A stretch of DNA of 64,000 nt, from positions 1,096,571 to 1,160,570 of the forward strand of contig NC_021169.1 in the NCBI RefSeq assembly GCF_000385565.1, read 5' to 3'. Under the pieces are notes generated by a model. The model made no database searches. It worked only from the letters and a program-made list of their open reading frames with translations, and was not told where the DNA came from. Made by a program: the position numbers and the translations under genes. Positions 1 to 9,929 of this stretch are shown here, one piece after another (the stretch's first letter is position 1; each line of letters opens with the position of its first letter). Origin of the DNA: Archaeoglobus sulfaticallidus PM70-1 (GTDB taxonomy: Archaea; Halobacteriota; Archaeoglobi; Archaeoglobales; Archaeoglobaceae).

Positions 1-79
1 GATCAGCTGGCTAAAAAGATGGAATGGCTACAATGGCTCAATTCAGAATTTGGAGAGAGACCGGCAAAACTTAATAAGC

Positions 80-613
80 TTAACCATATTTTTTAAACTC
101 TTCCAGGCAGGTTTTACAGCAGAGAACATAGAATCGGTTATGCTTTTTGTAGATTAATGGGTCATCTATCGAGGTTTTGCCGCAGTAATCACATTTGAAC
201 TCGAGTTTCAGTGAGAGGGGTTTATCCACAATCTCTGATTTGAGTACTGGAATAACCTCTTCCACTTCAATCCAATCTTGTTCTGCTATCTCAGAAAGCC
301 TTGAAAGCGAACTGATCTCGAGCTTCAGAATATATTCTCTGTCAGATATCTTGTTTATTTCGAGAACTTCTTCAATATCTTTCAATCTCCTGTAATCCTC
401 TGTTCTGACTCTCAAAATGAACAGATTTTTTCGGAAAATATCTGCAACCTCTATCGTGTATCTTTTGATAATACCGTCTTTCTCTAACCTCTCAATCCTG
501 GATTTCACTGTCTGCCTTGTTATGTTCAGGTTCTTTGCGATCTCTGTGAAACTAATCCTCGAGTTCTCCTTCAGGATATTCAGTATCTTTATATCTATCT
601 CATCGATTTCCAT
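80..613 (-). CDS. Lrp/AsnC-family transcriptional regulator with C-terminal TRASH-like Cys motif (CDYCGK…CCKTC)
   Basis: N-terminal HTH reads 'ILNILKENSRISFTEIAKNLNITRQTVKSRIERLEKDGIIKRY', typical of Lrp/AsnC. The C-terminal 40 aa carry CxxC…CCxxC like TRASH metal-binding domains fused to archaeal Lrp regulators. Confidence 0.75.
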   Translation of the reverse strand: MEIDEIDIKILNILKENSRISFTEIAKNLNITRQTVKSRIERLEKDGIIKRYTIEVADIFRKNLFILRVRTEDYRRLKDIEEVLEINKISDREYILKLEISSLSRLSEIAEQDWIEVEEVIPVLKSEIVDKPLSLKLEFKCDYCGKTSIDDPLIYKKHNRFYVLCCKTCLEEFKKYG

Positions 614-621
614 GCTTCTGC

Positions 622-1098
622 TTAGATGTAATCCTCGAGATTTATCAGCTTTCTACCACAGTAATCGCATACGGCTTTGACCCTGCTTTCATCCAGAAAT
701 ATCCTGAATCTGGATTTTATCGGCTCGTTGCTGTTGGATATGCAGTTGGGGTTGGGACATTTTATTATGTTCTCAACGACTTCCGGGGGTTTGACATTGA
801 ACTTTCTTATTATCTCATAATTCTGGATGAGGTTGATCGTTGCCTCTGGGGCTATCAGGGCTATCTTGTTCAGCTCCTGATCACCTATGTACTTACCCTC
901 AACCTTGACGATGTCTTTCTTGCCCATCTTTGCGCTCTCGACATTCATCGCCATTGAAACTGCTTCACTGGATTTCGGCTTTATTCCAAGAATTTTGAGA
1001 ACGAGTATTGCCAATCCCGGGGTTATGTGGTCTATAACTGTGCCATCCTTTATTTTGCTGATCACGAGATGCTTAACATCATTCACAGCCATCACCAT
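622..1098 (-). CDS. pyrI: Aspartate carbamoyltransferase regulatory chain
   Basis: ~158 aa with a C-terminal zinc domain CPNPNCIS…CDYCGR. It overlaps and is co-oriented with pyrB upstream. Confidence 0.88.
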   Translation of the reverse strand: MVMAVNDVKHLVISKIKDGTVIDHITPGLAILVLKILGIKPKSSEAVSMAMNVESAKMGKKDIVKVEGKYIGDQELNKIALIAPEATINLIQNYEIIRKFNVKPPEVVENIIKCPNPNCISNSNEPIKSRFRIFLDESRVKAVCDYCGRKLINLEDYI

Positions 1099-1996
1099 CC
1101 TTCAGTAGTTCGTATAATATTGCCATCCTTATCGGAACACCGTAAAAAGCCTGTTTGAAATACTTGGCATGCTCTGTGCTGTCAACATCTACATCTATTT
1201 CATTAATTCTCGGCAGGGGGTGCATTACTATCATCGACTCCTTTGCCCTGCTTATGATATTCCTGTTTATGACATAGCTTCCCGAGACCTTCTTGTACTC
1301 CTCCTCATCCGGAAATCTTTCCTTCTGAATCCTCGTCACATACAGCACATCTATTTCAGATATTACATCCTCAAGCTCAACTTCCTCTATTCTTCCGTTC
1401 AGCCCCTCAAGAAATTCTGCGGGGAGTTTCAGCATTGGAGGGCTTATGAGGTATATTGTGGTGTTGAAGAGTGTTAGCGCCTTTATGAGGGAGTGGACGG
1501 TTCTTGAGTACTTCAGATCTCCCATCAGGGCTATTTTGCAACCTTCGAGCGTGGACTCCTTCATTATTGTGTACAGATCGAGCAGCGTCTGGGTTGGATG
1601 CTGTCCGGCACCATCTCCAGCATTTATTATCGGAACCGTTGAGTTTTCGGATGCGAACCTTGCAGAACCTTCCAGCGGGTGTCTGAGAACTATGGCATCA
1701 GCATAGTTAGAAACAACTCTTATCGTGTCTGCAAGTGTCTCTCCTTTCGCAACACTGCTTGCTTCATGAGCCGTCATGTTTATGACATCACCACCAAGCC
1801 TCTTCATTGCGGTCTCAAACGACATTCTCGTTCTGGTGGACGGCTCGAAAAACAGGTTTGCCAGTATCTTTCCTTCAAGGTACTTGCATCTCTTTCCCAT
1901 AGCAATATCCTCAAATCTCTCAGCTTGCTTAAGCAAATAAAGGATATCATCCTTTGTGAGATCATCAATTGAGATTAAATGCCTGAATCTCGACAT
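1079..1996 (-). CDS. pyrB: Aspartate carbamoyltransferase catalytic subunit
   Basis: 305 aa carrying the STRTR carbamoyl-phosphate-binding motif and the HPLP / HP.QxL motifs. Forms a pyrB-pyrI operon. Confidence 0.9.
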   Translation of the reverse strand: MSRFRHLISIDDLTKDDILYLLKQAERFEDIAMGKRCKYLEGKILANLFFEPSTRTRMSFETAMKRLGGDVINMTAHEASSVAKGETLADTIRVVSNYADAIVLRHPLEGSARFASENSTVPIINAGDGAGQHPTQTLLDLYTIMKESTLEGCKIALMGDLKYSRTVHSLIKALTLFNTTIYLISPPMLKLPAEFLEGLNGRIEEVELEDVISEIDVLYVTRIQKERFPDEEEYKKVSGSYVINRNIISRAKESMIVMHPLPRINEIDVDVDSTEHAKYFKQAFYGVPIRMAILYELLKDGDGCE

Positions 1997-2122
1997 CAGA
2001 TTCTTTTATCCAGCTTAGGATATAAAGTTTGTTGAGGTGGCTTACATTTAGATGACGGGATTATTTTGTTTGTGGGGCTATCAATAATTGGAGACTTGCA
2101 TAGAAATGTTTGAAGGGAACTA

Positions 2123-3013
2123 ATGAAACTGCATAGAACAACGAATTTATTTTCAAAGCCCTTAACAGATCCAATGATCCTCAAAAAATCGCCGTTCATT
2201 TTCACGCTGGCGATGGTTCTGGGAATACTCTTCCCACAGTTCGCAAGCTCCATGAAGGATCTGATAATACCGATACTGGCTTTTGTCATGATTCTGTCTT
2301 TAAAGGATCTCGATTTCAGAAATATGAGCTTAAAATCTGGTTTTTTGAATGTACTTCTCAACTATCTCTTCCTCTCCGGTGTTATACTTGTCCTCTCCTT
2401 CTTGATTGAAGATGAAGCATTAAGGCTCGGATTCATCGTCATGGCCTCTGCACCTCCGGCGGTGGCTATAGTTCCCTTCTCCAAATTGCTTGCCGGAGAT
2501 GTGACCGAAAGCGTGGTCTCTAACGGAATGGCCTACCTGCTTTCTCTTGCTTTCACGCCAGCAATTCTTCTAGCATTTACTGGAGAGTATGTAAGCATGT
2601 ATGAGGTTCTTAAAGCATTAGTTGTTCTGATTATGATCCCTCTCATTTTTTCCAGATTCATTCGGGTTGATGGCGAGATTTTCATAAATCTCGGGTTTGG
2701 GATTGTGATATACACGATCATAGGGCTGAATATCTCTACTATCTCCGTCATATCTGGACTGCCGGAAGTTATTTTTGCGGGATTCGTGAGGACTTTTATT
2801 GCTGGCACGGTAATCTTTCTCATCTTCATCAGAAAAGGCTACTCAACGGCGATAACAAAAGCCCTGTTTTCATCGTACAAGAACCTCGGGTTCACAGCAG
2901 GTGTGGCAATGATGCTTTTTGGGGATAAAGCGAGCATCCCAGCAGCTATATGTGTATTTTTTGAGGTCCTGGTTTTCAACTACTACACAATCTTCAAAAA
3001 ATACTGGGGATAA
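2123..3013 (+). CDS. Polytopic membrane permease (AEC/BASS-like), function unknown
   Basis: 296 aa, hydrophobic throughout with ~8-10 predicted TM helices. No catalytic motifs recognised. Confidence 0.45.
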   Translation: MKLHRTTNLFSKPLTDPMILKKSPFIFTLAMVLGILFPQFASSMKDLIIPILAFVMILSLKDLDFRNMSLKSGFLNVLLNYLFLSGVILVLSFLIEDEALRLGFIVMASAPPAVAIVPFSKLLAGDVTESVVSNGMAYLLSLAFTPAILLAFTGEYVSMYEVLKALVVLIMIPLIFSRFIRVDGEIFINLGFGIVIYTIIGLNISTISVISGLPEVIFAGFVRTFIAGTVIFLIFIRKGYSTAITKALFSSYKNLGFTAGVAMMLFGDKASIPAAICVFFEVLVFNYYTIFKKYWG

Positions 3014-3045
3014 GTTTTATAAGGTATCATGGAAAAATAAATATC

Positions 3046-3663
3046 ATGGCATACAAATATGGGAATGTTGAGATTACTTTTCTGAAGCACGCGGGCTTTA
3101 AGATAAAGGGCAGCAAAACGATCTACATCGATCCTTACGATCTCCCGGACGGGCTTGAAAAAGCAGACTACATTTTCGTAACTCATGACCATTTCGATCA
3201 CAAAGATATTGGATCAATTAGAAGGCTCTCGAAGCACGATACGACGGTTGTGATCCCAAGTGGTTGTCTGCTCGAGGGATACAGAACATGCGAGCTTGAC
3301 ATCGGTGAGGAAGAGGATCTGAATGGTGTTAAGGTTAAGACTGTACCAGCATACAACATCGATAAGCCATTTCACCCGAAGGGGATTGGAGTGGGTTACA
3401 TAATCGAGATGGATGGTGTTAGGATCTACCATGCTGGAGACACGGACTTCATCCCTGAGATGAAGGATGTTGAGGCCGATATTGCTTTGATACCTGTGGG
3501 AGGGAAGTACACGATGGACATGGAGCAGGCAAAAAAGGCTATAGAGGTAATCAAAGCGAAGGTTGTAGTCCCGATGCATTATGGCACCCTTCCGGAAACC
3601 AAGGCGGATGTGGAGAAACTGAAATCAGATAGGGTTGTTGTGCTTGAACCGGAGTTTAAATAA
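3046..3663 (+). CDS. UPF0173-type metallo-beta-lactamase-fold metal-dependent hydrolase
   Basis: Contains 'HAGFKIKGSKTIYIDPY…FVTHDHFDH…HAGDT…PMHY', the His/Asp ligand pattern of the MBL fold. Size 205 aa. Confidence 0.7.
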   Translation: MAYKYGNVEITFLKHAGFKIKGSKTIYIDPYDLPDGLEKADYIFVTHDHFDHKDIGSIRRLSKHDTTVVIPSGCLLEGYRTCELDIGEEEDLNGVKVKTVPAYNIDKPFHPKGIGVGYIIEMDGVRIYHAGDTDFIPEMKDVEADIALIPVGGKYTMDMEQAKKAIEVIKAKVVVPMHYGTLPETKADVEKLKSDRVVVLEPEFK

Positions 3664-3727
3664 TCAGATAATTATTTATTGATATCAAAAAAATTACAGA
3701 TTTATACCGTCTCGACCAAAAAAAGTT

Positions 3728-3916
3728 ATGGCTAAAAAGACTCAGGGAAAGGAGGTTCCGGACGATTCCGACGAGTTGATGATGCAGGTGGCCTCATCTC
3801 AGCTTAAAGCCAACTATAGAAAATCTCTTGGAAAGGAGTATGCAAGAAGAAGCTGGGATCTGGAAATAAAGAAGGCTCTGAAGAAAAAAGAAGAAGAGAG
3901 GAAGGCTAAACAATAG
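3728..3916 (+). CDS. Small basic hypothetical protein (62 aa)
   Basis: Lys/Glu-rich ORF sitting in an intergenic gap. No homolog recognised. Confidence 0.25.
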   Translation: MAKKTQGKEVPDDSDELMMQVASSQLKANYRKSLGKEYARRSWDLEIKKALKKKEEERKAKQ

Positions 3917-4511
3917 TAGAGATTCCGGAGTAGATAAAGTATATGCCGAAGATTACGAAGATTATCGCAGATATTGTCGAGAGGGTTTTGGCAGATTTAT
4001 CCCACACCTCAACCGTTTTTGAAGAGATCAAGGAGACGAAACCCAGCCAGCCAAAATCGCACAGTTCATGGACTATTATAAAAACAATTAACCCCATAAT
4101 TCCAAATTTTTCAGCAGTGGTTACGAGAATGAGTCCGATTGTGAACCACCATATTATGAAATAGGGATTTGCGATACTCATGGCCAGTCCTGTAAAGATG
4201 GATCTCATGTCCGTTGAGCCATCGAGCTTGGATTTGGATGTGAGTTCTTTGTGTGCCATGTAGATCAAAAAGATTCCACCAAAAACTCCTACAAACACCT
4301 TTACCTGTTCGGTTATTATTGAAACTCCAAAGAAGAAGAGGATGAGAATTATCGGAATTTCAACTATTGCATGACCTGAGGAGAGCAGAAATCCTGCATA
4401 CTTTTTGTTCATTCCCTCCGATACTGCTGAAGCGAACAGGGGCCCGGGAGCCATCACGCCGCTTAGGGATATGAAAAATACCATCAGGGCGAACTCAGCA
4501 AGGTTCATCAC
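3906..4511 (-). CDS. LysE/RhtB-family amino-acid exporter-like membrane protein
   Basis: 201 aa with ~6 TM helices. The N-terminus 'FFISLSGVMAPGPLFASAVSEG' resembles the LysE family. Confidence 0.55.
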   Translation of the reverse strand: MMNLAEFALMVFFISLSGVMAPGPLFASAVSEGMNKKYAGFLLSSGHAIVEIPIILILFFFGVSIITEQVKVFVGVFGGIFLIYMAHKELTSKSKLDGSTDMRSIFTGLAMSIANPYFIIWWFTIGLILVTTAEKFGIMGLIVFIIVHELCDFGWLGFVSLISSKTVEVWDKSAKTLSTISAIIFVIFGIYFIYSGISTIV

Positions 4512-4616
4512 CTCTTTTTCAATGCTGAATTAATTTAACTTTCTGTTTGATATAATAAGCAGGTTTTATAATAATTTTAACCGAAAAAATTTTAAATTAA
4601 ATGGTAAAGTAAGGTT

Positions 4617-5054
4617 GTGGAAATCTCGATTCATCTCCGCGAGATGGAAGATGATGAGGTAGAGGATGTAATTGATCTTGAATACGAGATTCTTGGACTC
4701 AGTGTTTTTGTTGACATTTCAACGAGGCCGTACCACAAGAAGGTTTTTGTGGCGGATGTTGGCGGAGAGATAATTGGCGGTGCTGTAGCCTACTGGAACG
4801 AAAAGTTTAAGATAGGCTCTCTTTTCGTTAAGGAGGAATTTAGAAAACAGAACATTGGAAGGAATCTTGTTAAAAAGTGTATTGAGTTTGCAAATGCAAT
4901 TGGATTTGATAGCGTCTGGCTAGAGGTTCCGGTGAATCAGGGAAATCTCGTTTCATACTACAAATCCATGGGATTCAGGATCCATGAGGTCATAAAGCAC
5001 TTCTATGGTATCGGTAAGCATGCGTACAGCATGGTGTACAGGATAATCAGCTGA
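4617..5054 (+). CDS. GNAT-family N-acetyltransferase
   Basis: Motif A-like 'RKQNIGRNLVKKCIEFA' is present. The true start is possibly the internal ATG (MEDDEV…). Confidence 0.6.
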   Translation: MEISIHLREMEDDEVEDVIDLEYEILGLSVFVDISTRPYHKKVFVADVGGEIIGGAVAYWNEKFKIGSLFVKEEFRKQNIGRNLVKKCIEFANAIGFDSVWLEVPVNQGNLVSYYKSMGFRIHEVIKHFYGIGKHAYSMVYRIIS

Positions 5055-5073
5055 AGTTGGATAATGTAAAAAA

Positions 5074-6438
5074 TTAGCTTTTCTCAACACTCGCAACAGC
5101 AAAGAATGTAGCAAATGATATGACTAAGGTCCACACTGATGCCGGGATACCGAGCGGATTGAGTTTCATGTAGAATAGTAATATTGCTGTGGCAAATCCG
5201 ACAATCAGCGTTGAGATCGCCGCTTTCTCTCCACCAGATTTCCAGTGAAAAACTCCGAGGATCAGTGGTAGCTGACATAGTAGCAATGTGGAGCTGAGAA
5301 CTGCAAGGTTGACTATGTATCCTGGCCTCTGGATTGAGAACAGGGTTATGGCTATTGTTAAAACGACGATGAGGATCTGTCCGGTGTTTATCCTGTTGCT
5401 TCCAAGCAGATCTCTTGAGATCATCGATGCGAGGGTTAGAACGATCGAGTTGGCAGTTGTTATTGCTGCGGCGAAGATGCTGAGTGATATCAGAACGGCC
5501 AGGGATGGTGGCATTATGCCGAGAAATGTTGGCGTTACAGCGTCTCTGTCTTTCAGCAGTGGAAAACTTCCGATTTCGGTCATGACCCTCAGTTCCAGCC
5601 CAAGGAATGTTACGAGGATTGTATAGATCAAGCCAAAAGTTCCGAAGAGTATGACCATCTTTTTCAATGCTCTCTCATCTCTGGGGACATATATCCTCTG
5701 GAAAACCTGGGGATTGGTTAATGCAAAGAAGAACCAAGGCACTGTCAGGGCTATGAACCTTTCCGGAGTCCAGATCTTGTTCGGTACTATCAGCAAATCT
5801 CCGATCCTTGAGATCTCGCCGAAGAATGTGCCGTTCAGCATGCTAAACGCCCACATCACAGCAGAAACCGCCATGATGAGCATGAATACTCCCTGAATCG
5901 CATCAGTCCATGCAACACCTCTCAGCCCCCCAAGGAATGCCCAGAATGCTATCAAGAATGCTGATGCGAGTATGGCATGTGTGAAACTGATTGTAGAGTT
6001 TTTCTCGATTATGAGAGAGACACCGATGAGCTGGACGGAGATGTACGGGATCAGGGCGATTGATACTATCACCGCCATTATTTTTGGCACCAGCTTTCCG
6101 TACCTATCCACCATCATGTCTCCGGGAGTTATGTATGCTCTCTCCTTGCCAAGCTTCCATATCTTCGGAGCGTAGTAGGACAGCAGAAAGAGCGTTCCAA
6201 CCAGATAGAACAGCTCAAACCCCAGCGATCCAACTCCTGAGGCATAGGTTAAGCCAACGAGTCCAACCATCATGAATGCCGAGTATGTTGTGGCCGAGTA
6301 TGTCAGGGCAGAAACGATCCCACCAATTCTCCTTCCACCTAGGTAGTAGTCCTCCTGCGATCTGATCCCTTTTCTTGCTATTATGGCGATGGCAGTTCCG
6401 ATTATCGCATAGGCTATGAATGCTATCAGGAAAATCAT
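5074..6438 (-). CDS. Sodium:solute symporter (SSS family)
   Basis: 454 aa with ~13 TM helices and an SSS-like architecture (GGRRIGG…, helices rich in G/A/S). Confidence 0.8.
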   Translation of the reverse strand: MIFLIAFIAYAIIGTAIAIIARKGIRSQEDYYLGGRRIGGIVSALTYSATTYSAFMMVGLVGLTYASGVGSLGFELFYLVGTLFLLSYYAPKIWKLGKERAYITPGDMMVDRYGKLVPKIMAVIVSIALIPYISVQLIGVSLIIEKNSTISFTHAILASAFLIAFWAFLGGLRGVAWTDAIQGVFMLIMAVSAVMWAFSMLNGTFFGEISRIGDLLIVPNKIWTPERFIALTVPWFFFALTNPQVFQRIYVPRDERALKKMVILFGTFGLIYTILVTFLGLELRVMTEIGSFPLLKDRDAVTPTFLGIMPPSLAVLISLSIFAAAITTANSIVLTLASMISRDLLGSNRINTGQILIVVLTIAITLFSIQRPGYIVNLAVLSSTLLLCQLPLILGVFHWKSGGEKAAISTLIVGFATAILLFYMKLNPLGIPASVWTLVISFATFFAVASVEKS

Positions 6439-6439
6439 T

Positions 6440-6655
6440 TTACCACCTCACCGCTATGTATGCTAAGTACAGCGACGCTACAATACACCAGTATATGTAT
6501 GTGGATAGGTCATAGCTCTTTATGGCGAAAAATGGTACTATCATCGCCAGTACTACTATCAGACCTTCTAGCAACTTCATCGAACATATGTTCGGTAGAT
6601 TACATATAAGCTTTTTGCAGGTAGTAGATTCTTTGGCTAGAGTATTGAAGAGCAC
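6440..6655 (-). CDS. Small 2-TM membrane protein immediately upstream of the SSS symporter (possible accessory subunit)
   Basis: 71 aa, hydrophobic, with its stop abutting the symporter start. Confidence 0.3.
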   Translation of the reverse strand: MLFNTLAKESTTCKKLICNLPNICSMKLLEGLIVVLAMIVPFFAIKSYDLSTYIYWCIVASLYLAYIAVRW

Positions 6656-7056
6656 TTAATCTTGGTTTTAATCCAAAGATTAACTTTCCTTTGGTAGAAG
6701 ATTGTTCAGTGAGGGGATTGGAAATTCTCTCTAAAGATTCCAATGTCTTATCTCGAAATTATTTCACAACCCAGCATCCAACTCTTGTGAGAAAAACTAA
6801 CGAACAGGAAGATCATGGAAATCAGACAGCTTGACAGAGGAGCACCACTAAAGGAAATAGCGGCTGTGATAAGGGTAACTCTAAGAAAAGTCTATCAGAT
6901 CAAAAAGCAGTACAAAGAGGCAGAATACCAGAGTTAAAGCATGAGTGATTTAACGAGCTTGAGACACCTTATCAGCCATTCTGGGGAGGTTGCCAGCTGA
7001 GAGAGTATTTGAGTTTGGCAGGAGTGGTTGTTTGAGGATGAGGTTACTTCGGGATA

Positions 7057-8691
7057 CTACCTTATATACTCAATAAACCCGTTGTTCTCTCTTGCATAGT
7101 TCATGAAGTGATACAGCAAAGTTTTTCGATTTTCTGGAATCAGGAAAGATTTCCTATTTCCAACAACAATGATCTTTTTCCTCGCCCTCGTAACCGCTAC
7201 ATTAAACCTCCTTTTCTCGCAGGCGAACCTCAGATTTCTGACAGCAGTGGTTGAGAACACGATAACATCCCTCTCCCTTCCCTGAAATGCATCCACTGTA
7301 TCGACTTCCACGCTGATGATCTCCCTTATCTGATCCCTCTGGGCTATATATGGGGTTATAACCCCAACATCCTCAACTCCCGCATCAAGAAGCGTTCTTA
7401 CTATATCTCCAACAACTGCTGCTTCTTTGGGATTAACTCTGCTCTTCTTCATGGGTTCATCTCTCGAATCAACAGAAACGAATATAACGGTCCTCCCGGG
7501 ATCGATGATGAACCATCTGAACCCTTTATCAGCACAATCAACCTCAAGCTTTATGTTTTTGCATGATTCGTGTGGTTTTATCTTCCCTCCATATACATAC
7601 CTCGATGCAAAGTTGATTATCTTCTCATTGCTTCTGTAATGGTTTCTCAGCCACAGAGGCTTGCTAGAAAAGAAGTTGAAGGCACTATATTTCGAAGAGT
7701 TCCATCCCGTTCTCAGTACCGGACTTAGCTGGAATGGATCACCTACCACCACAAACGAGGATTCCTGAGAGATGGACAGGAGAGCAGAAGAGATCAGAGC
7801 CTGACTGGCCTCATCTATCAGAACGAGATCGAAGTGCTGATCTACCAGAGGATACATACCGCTCTTTATCAGCGTTGAGCCGACAATTCTGGATTTCGAT
7901 AGAATTTCCAGACTCTTTCTTTCGATTTTGCTGTACTCTTTTGCCAGACTGTCGAGATCGAAGTGCATCAGCGATGTAACATCCCTCATGGCCATGTACT
8001 CAAGCAAGATTTTCCTCACATCTCCAGAGGTCTTCCAGTACCTGCCAACCCTGACAACATACTTGGATCTATGCAGATCGAATTCTAAAATCTTTTCGAG
8101 AGCATTATCCACAGCCCTGTTCGTGTGTGATGCTATGAAAACCCTTTTTCCCTCATCCATCGCGATCTTGGCACAGTATGCTATGAATGTCGTTTTTCCA
8201 GTTCCCGGTGGGCCAATAACCCTCATGACCTCGTTTTCTTCTAGGCTTAAACTGGCAACAACAGCATCGCTCTGATACTCATCCAGACCTTCAATTTTTT
8301 GCCCTGATGTCCTGACATCAACCTCCCTCGGGAAATCTGGATTCTCTATGAAGTGATCCAGTGCCTGAATTTGAAGGTCGTATGAAAGCAGACTTTCCAT
8401 CTCAACAAGCTTCAGACTTTCCTCTTCAGGAGTTGAAAATAGCTTAAGAATCGCTGATCTGCCATTTCTGTCATATCTCAGGACATATCCCAGTTCGTGT
8501 AAACCATCATCCAGAAACCCGAGCAATGTTCCCTCACTTACGGGTTTCTCCACCTTTATAGAGCAAAAGTTCCGGCTGATTCCCTCGATCTCTCCTCTGA
8601 ATGATCCTCTTTTCTCAACCTCCCTTTTAACAATCTCCTTCTCTTCTTTAAGAATATTTCTAAGTCTCTCAAGTACTTCCAGCTTCTCCAT
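7057..8691 (-). CDS. Superfamily-1 DNA/RNA helicase (Upf1/DNA2-like, AAA_11/AAA_12)
   Basis: Walker A 'GPPGTGKTT', 'DEASQ' motif II, and C-terminal 'VDAFQGRERDVIVFST…NVAVTRARKKIIVVG', typical of the SF1B C-terminus. Confidence 0.8.
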   Translation of the reverse strand: MEKLEVLERLRNILKEEKEIVKREVEKRGSFRGEIEGISRNFCSIKVEKPVSEGTLLGFLDDGLHELGYVLRYDRNGRSAILKLFSTPEEESLKLVEMESLLSYDLQIQALDHFIENPDFPREVDVRTSGQKIEGLDEYQSDAVVASLSLEENEVMRVIGPPGTGKTTFIAYCAKIAMDEGKRVFIASHTNRAVDNALEKILEFDLHRSKYVVRVGRYWKTSGDVRKILLEYMAMRDVTSLMHFDLDSLAKEYSKIERKSLEILSKSRIVGSTLIKSGMYPLVDQHFDLVLIDEASQALISSALLSISQESSFVVVGDPFQLSPVLRTGWNSSKYSAFNFFSSKPLWLRNHYRSNEKIINFASRYVYGGKIKPHESCKNIKLEVDCADKGFRWFIIDPGRTVIFVSVDSRDEPMKKSRVNPKEAAVVGDIVRTLLDAGVEDVGVITPYIAQRDQIREIISVEVDTVDAFQGRERDVIVFSTTAVRNLRFACEKRRFNVAVTRARKKIIVVGNRKSFLIPENRKTLLYHFMNYARENNGFIEYIR

Positions 8692-8693
8692 AA

Positions 8694-9917
8694 CTAAAGC
8701 ACCGATTTTATGGATTCGATGTCTGCTGGAACCTCTATCGGTGATCCGCAGGCTCTAATCACAGCTTCAGGATCTTTGAGCAGATGTCCGGTTGTTATGC
8801 ATACAACAGTCTCATCCACATCTATTTCTCTGCCTGCAAGCTTGATCAAACCGGCAACAGAGGCTGCTGAAGCGGGCTCAACACCAATTCCTTCCTTGCC
8901 AGCTAAAATTTTCTGAGCTGAGATTATCTCCTCATCTGAAACCTCCTCAGCCAGGCCATTGGACTCGTATATGGCATTCAAAGCCTTTCTTGCGTTAACT
9001 GGATTTCCAATCCTTATTGCAGTTGCGATTGTCTCAGGAGTTACAGGCTCTATCACCTTCTTACTCTCAACAAACGCTCTGTAGATAGGATTTGCTCCCT
9101 TCGCCTGAATTCCCGTCATTTTGGGTATGCTGTCAATCAGCCCCAATGTTTTCAACTCCCTGAATCCCTTATATATCGCAGAGATGTTGCCAGCATTTCC
9201 CACAGGAAGAATAACCCTGTCAGGAACATATCCGAGCTCATCGACGATCTCAAAAGCTATCGTTTTCTGCCCCTCAAGCCTGAATGGATTGACCGAGTTG
9301 AGCAAATAAAAGTTCTCCTGCCTGCTTATCTCTCTAACGAGCTCCAGTGCTTTATCAAAATTACCCTTGATACCTATAACCTTCGCATTATGCATCAACG
9401 CCTGAGCAACTTTGCCCAATGCAACCTTTCCAGCAGGAAGCAGGACATATGCTTTGAGGTTGGCTTTCGCGGCATACATCGCCAGTGATGCCGAGGTGTT
9501 GCCAGTAGATGCACAAGCTACAGCCTTCTTTCCAAGCTCTATAGCCTTCGTCACACCAACGGTCATGCCTCTATCCTTGAAGGATCCGGAAGGATTCAGA
9601 CCTTCATGCTTAACATAAATCCGATGAATGTTTAACTCTCTCTCGAGGTATTCGGCTCTGAAAAGTGGAGTACCTCCCTCGTTTAACGAAATTGGTTTTA
9701 TCTTCACTGGAAGAAGGTCTGCGTACTTCCACACCCTCAGGTTGTTTCCATCGAGCTTGAATGTGACATCTATGCTGTCAAGATCCAGGCTCACTTCGAG
9801 AAGTCCCCCACAGGGGCAGGTATACATCTCCTCATTCTCATACACTTTACCGCACTCGATACATCTAAGATAAACCATGAAAACTGATCGTTCAATTGCT
9901 ATATATAACTTCAGCAA
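8694..9917 (-). CDS. thrC: Threonine synthase (archaeal type with N-terminal zinc ribbon)
   Basis: N-terminal CIECG…CPCGG, then the PLP lysine region 'SFKDRGMTVGV' and a PLP-fold type II architecture. Confidence 0.85.
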   Translation of the reverse strand: MLKLYIAIERSVFMVYLRCIECGKVYENEEMYTCPCGGLLEVSLDLDSIDVTFKLDGNNLRVWKYADLLPVKIKPISLNEGGTPLFRAEYLERELNIHRIYVKHEGLNPSGSFKDRGMTVGVTKAIELGKKAVACASTGNTSASLAMYAAKANLKAYVLLPAGKVALGKVAQALMHNAKVIGIKGNFDKALELVREISRQENFYLLNSVNPFRLEGQKTIAFEIVDELGYVPDRVILPVGNAGNISAIYKGFRELKTLGLIDSIPKMTGIQAKGANPIYRAFVESKKVIEPVTPETIATAIRIGNPVNARKALNAIYESNGLAEEVSDEEIISAQKILAGKEGIGVEPASAASVAGLIKLAGREIDVDETVVCITTGHLLKDPEAVIRACGSPIEVPADIESIKSVL

Positions 9918-9929
9918 ATTCTGGCAGAG

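Noticed and set aside
1996-2361. 121-aa minus-strand ORF
   Set aside because: It overlaps the N-terminal third of the much better-supported 296-aa membrane-protein gene on the plus strand and has no RBS or motif. It is a likely shadow ORF.
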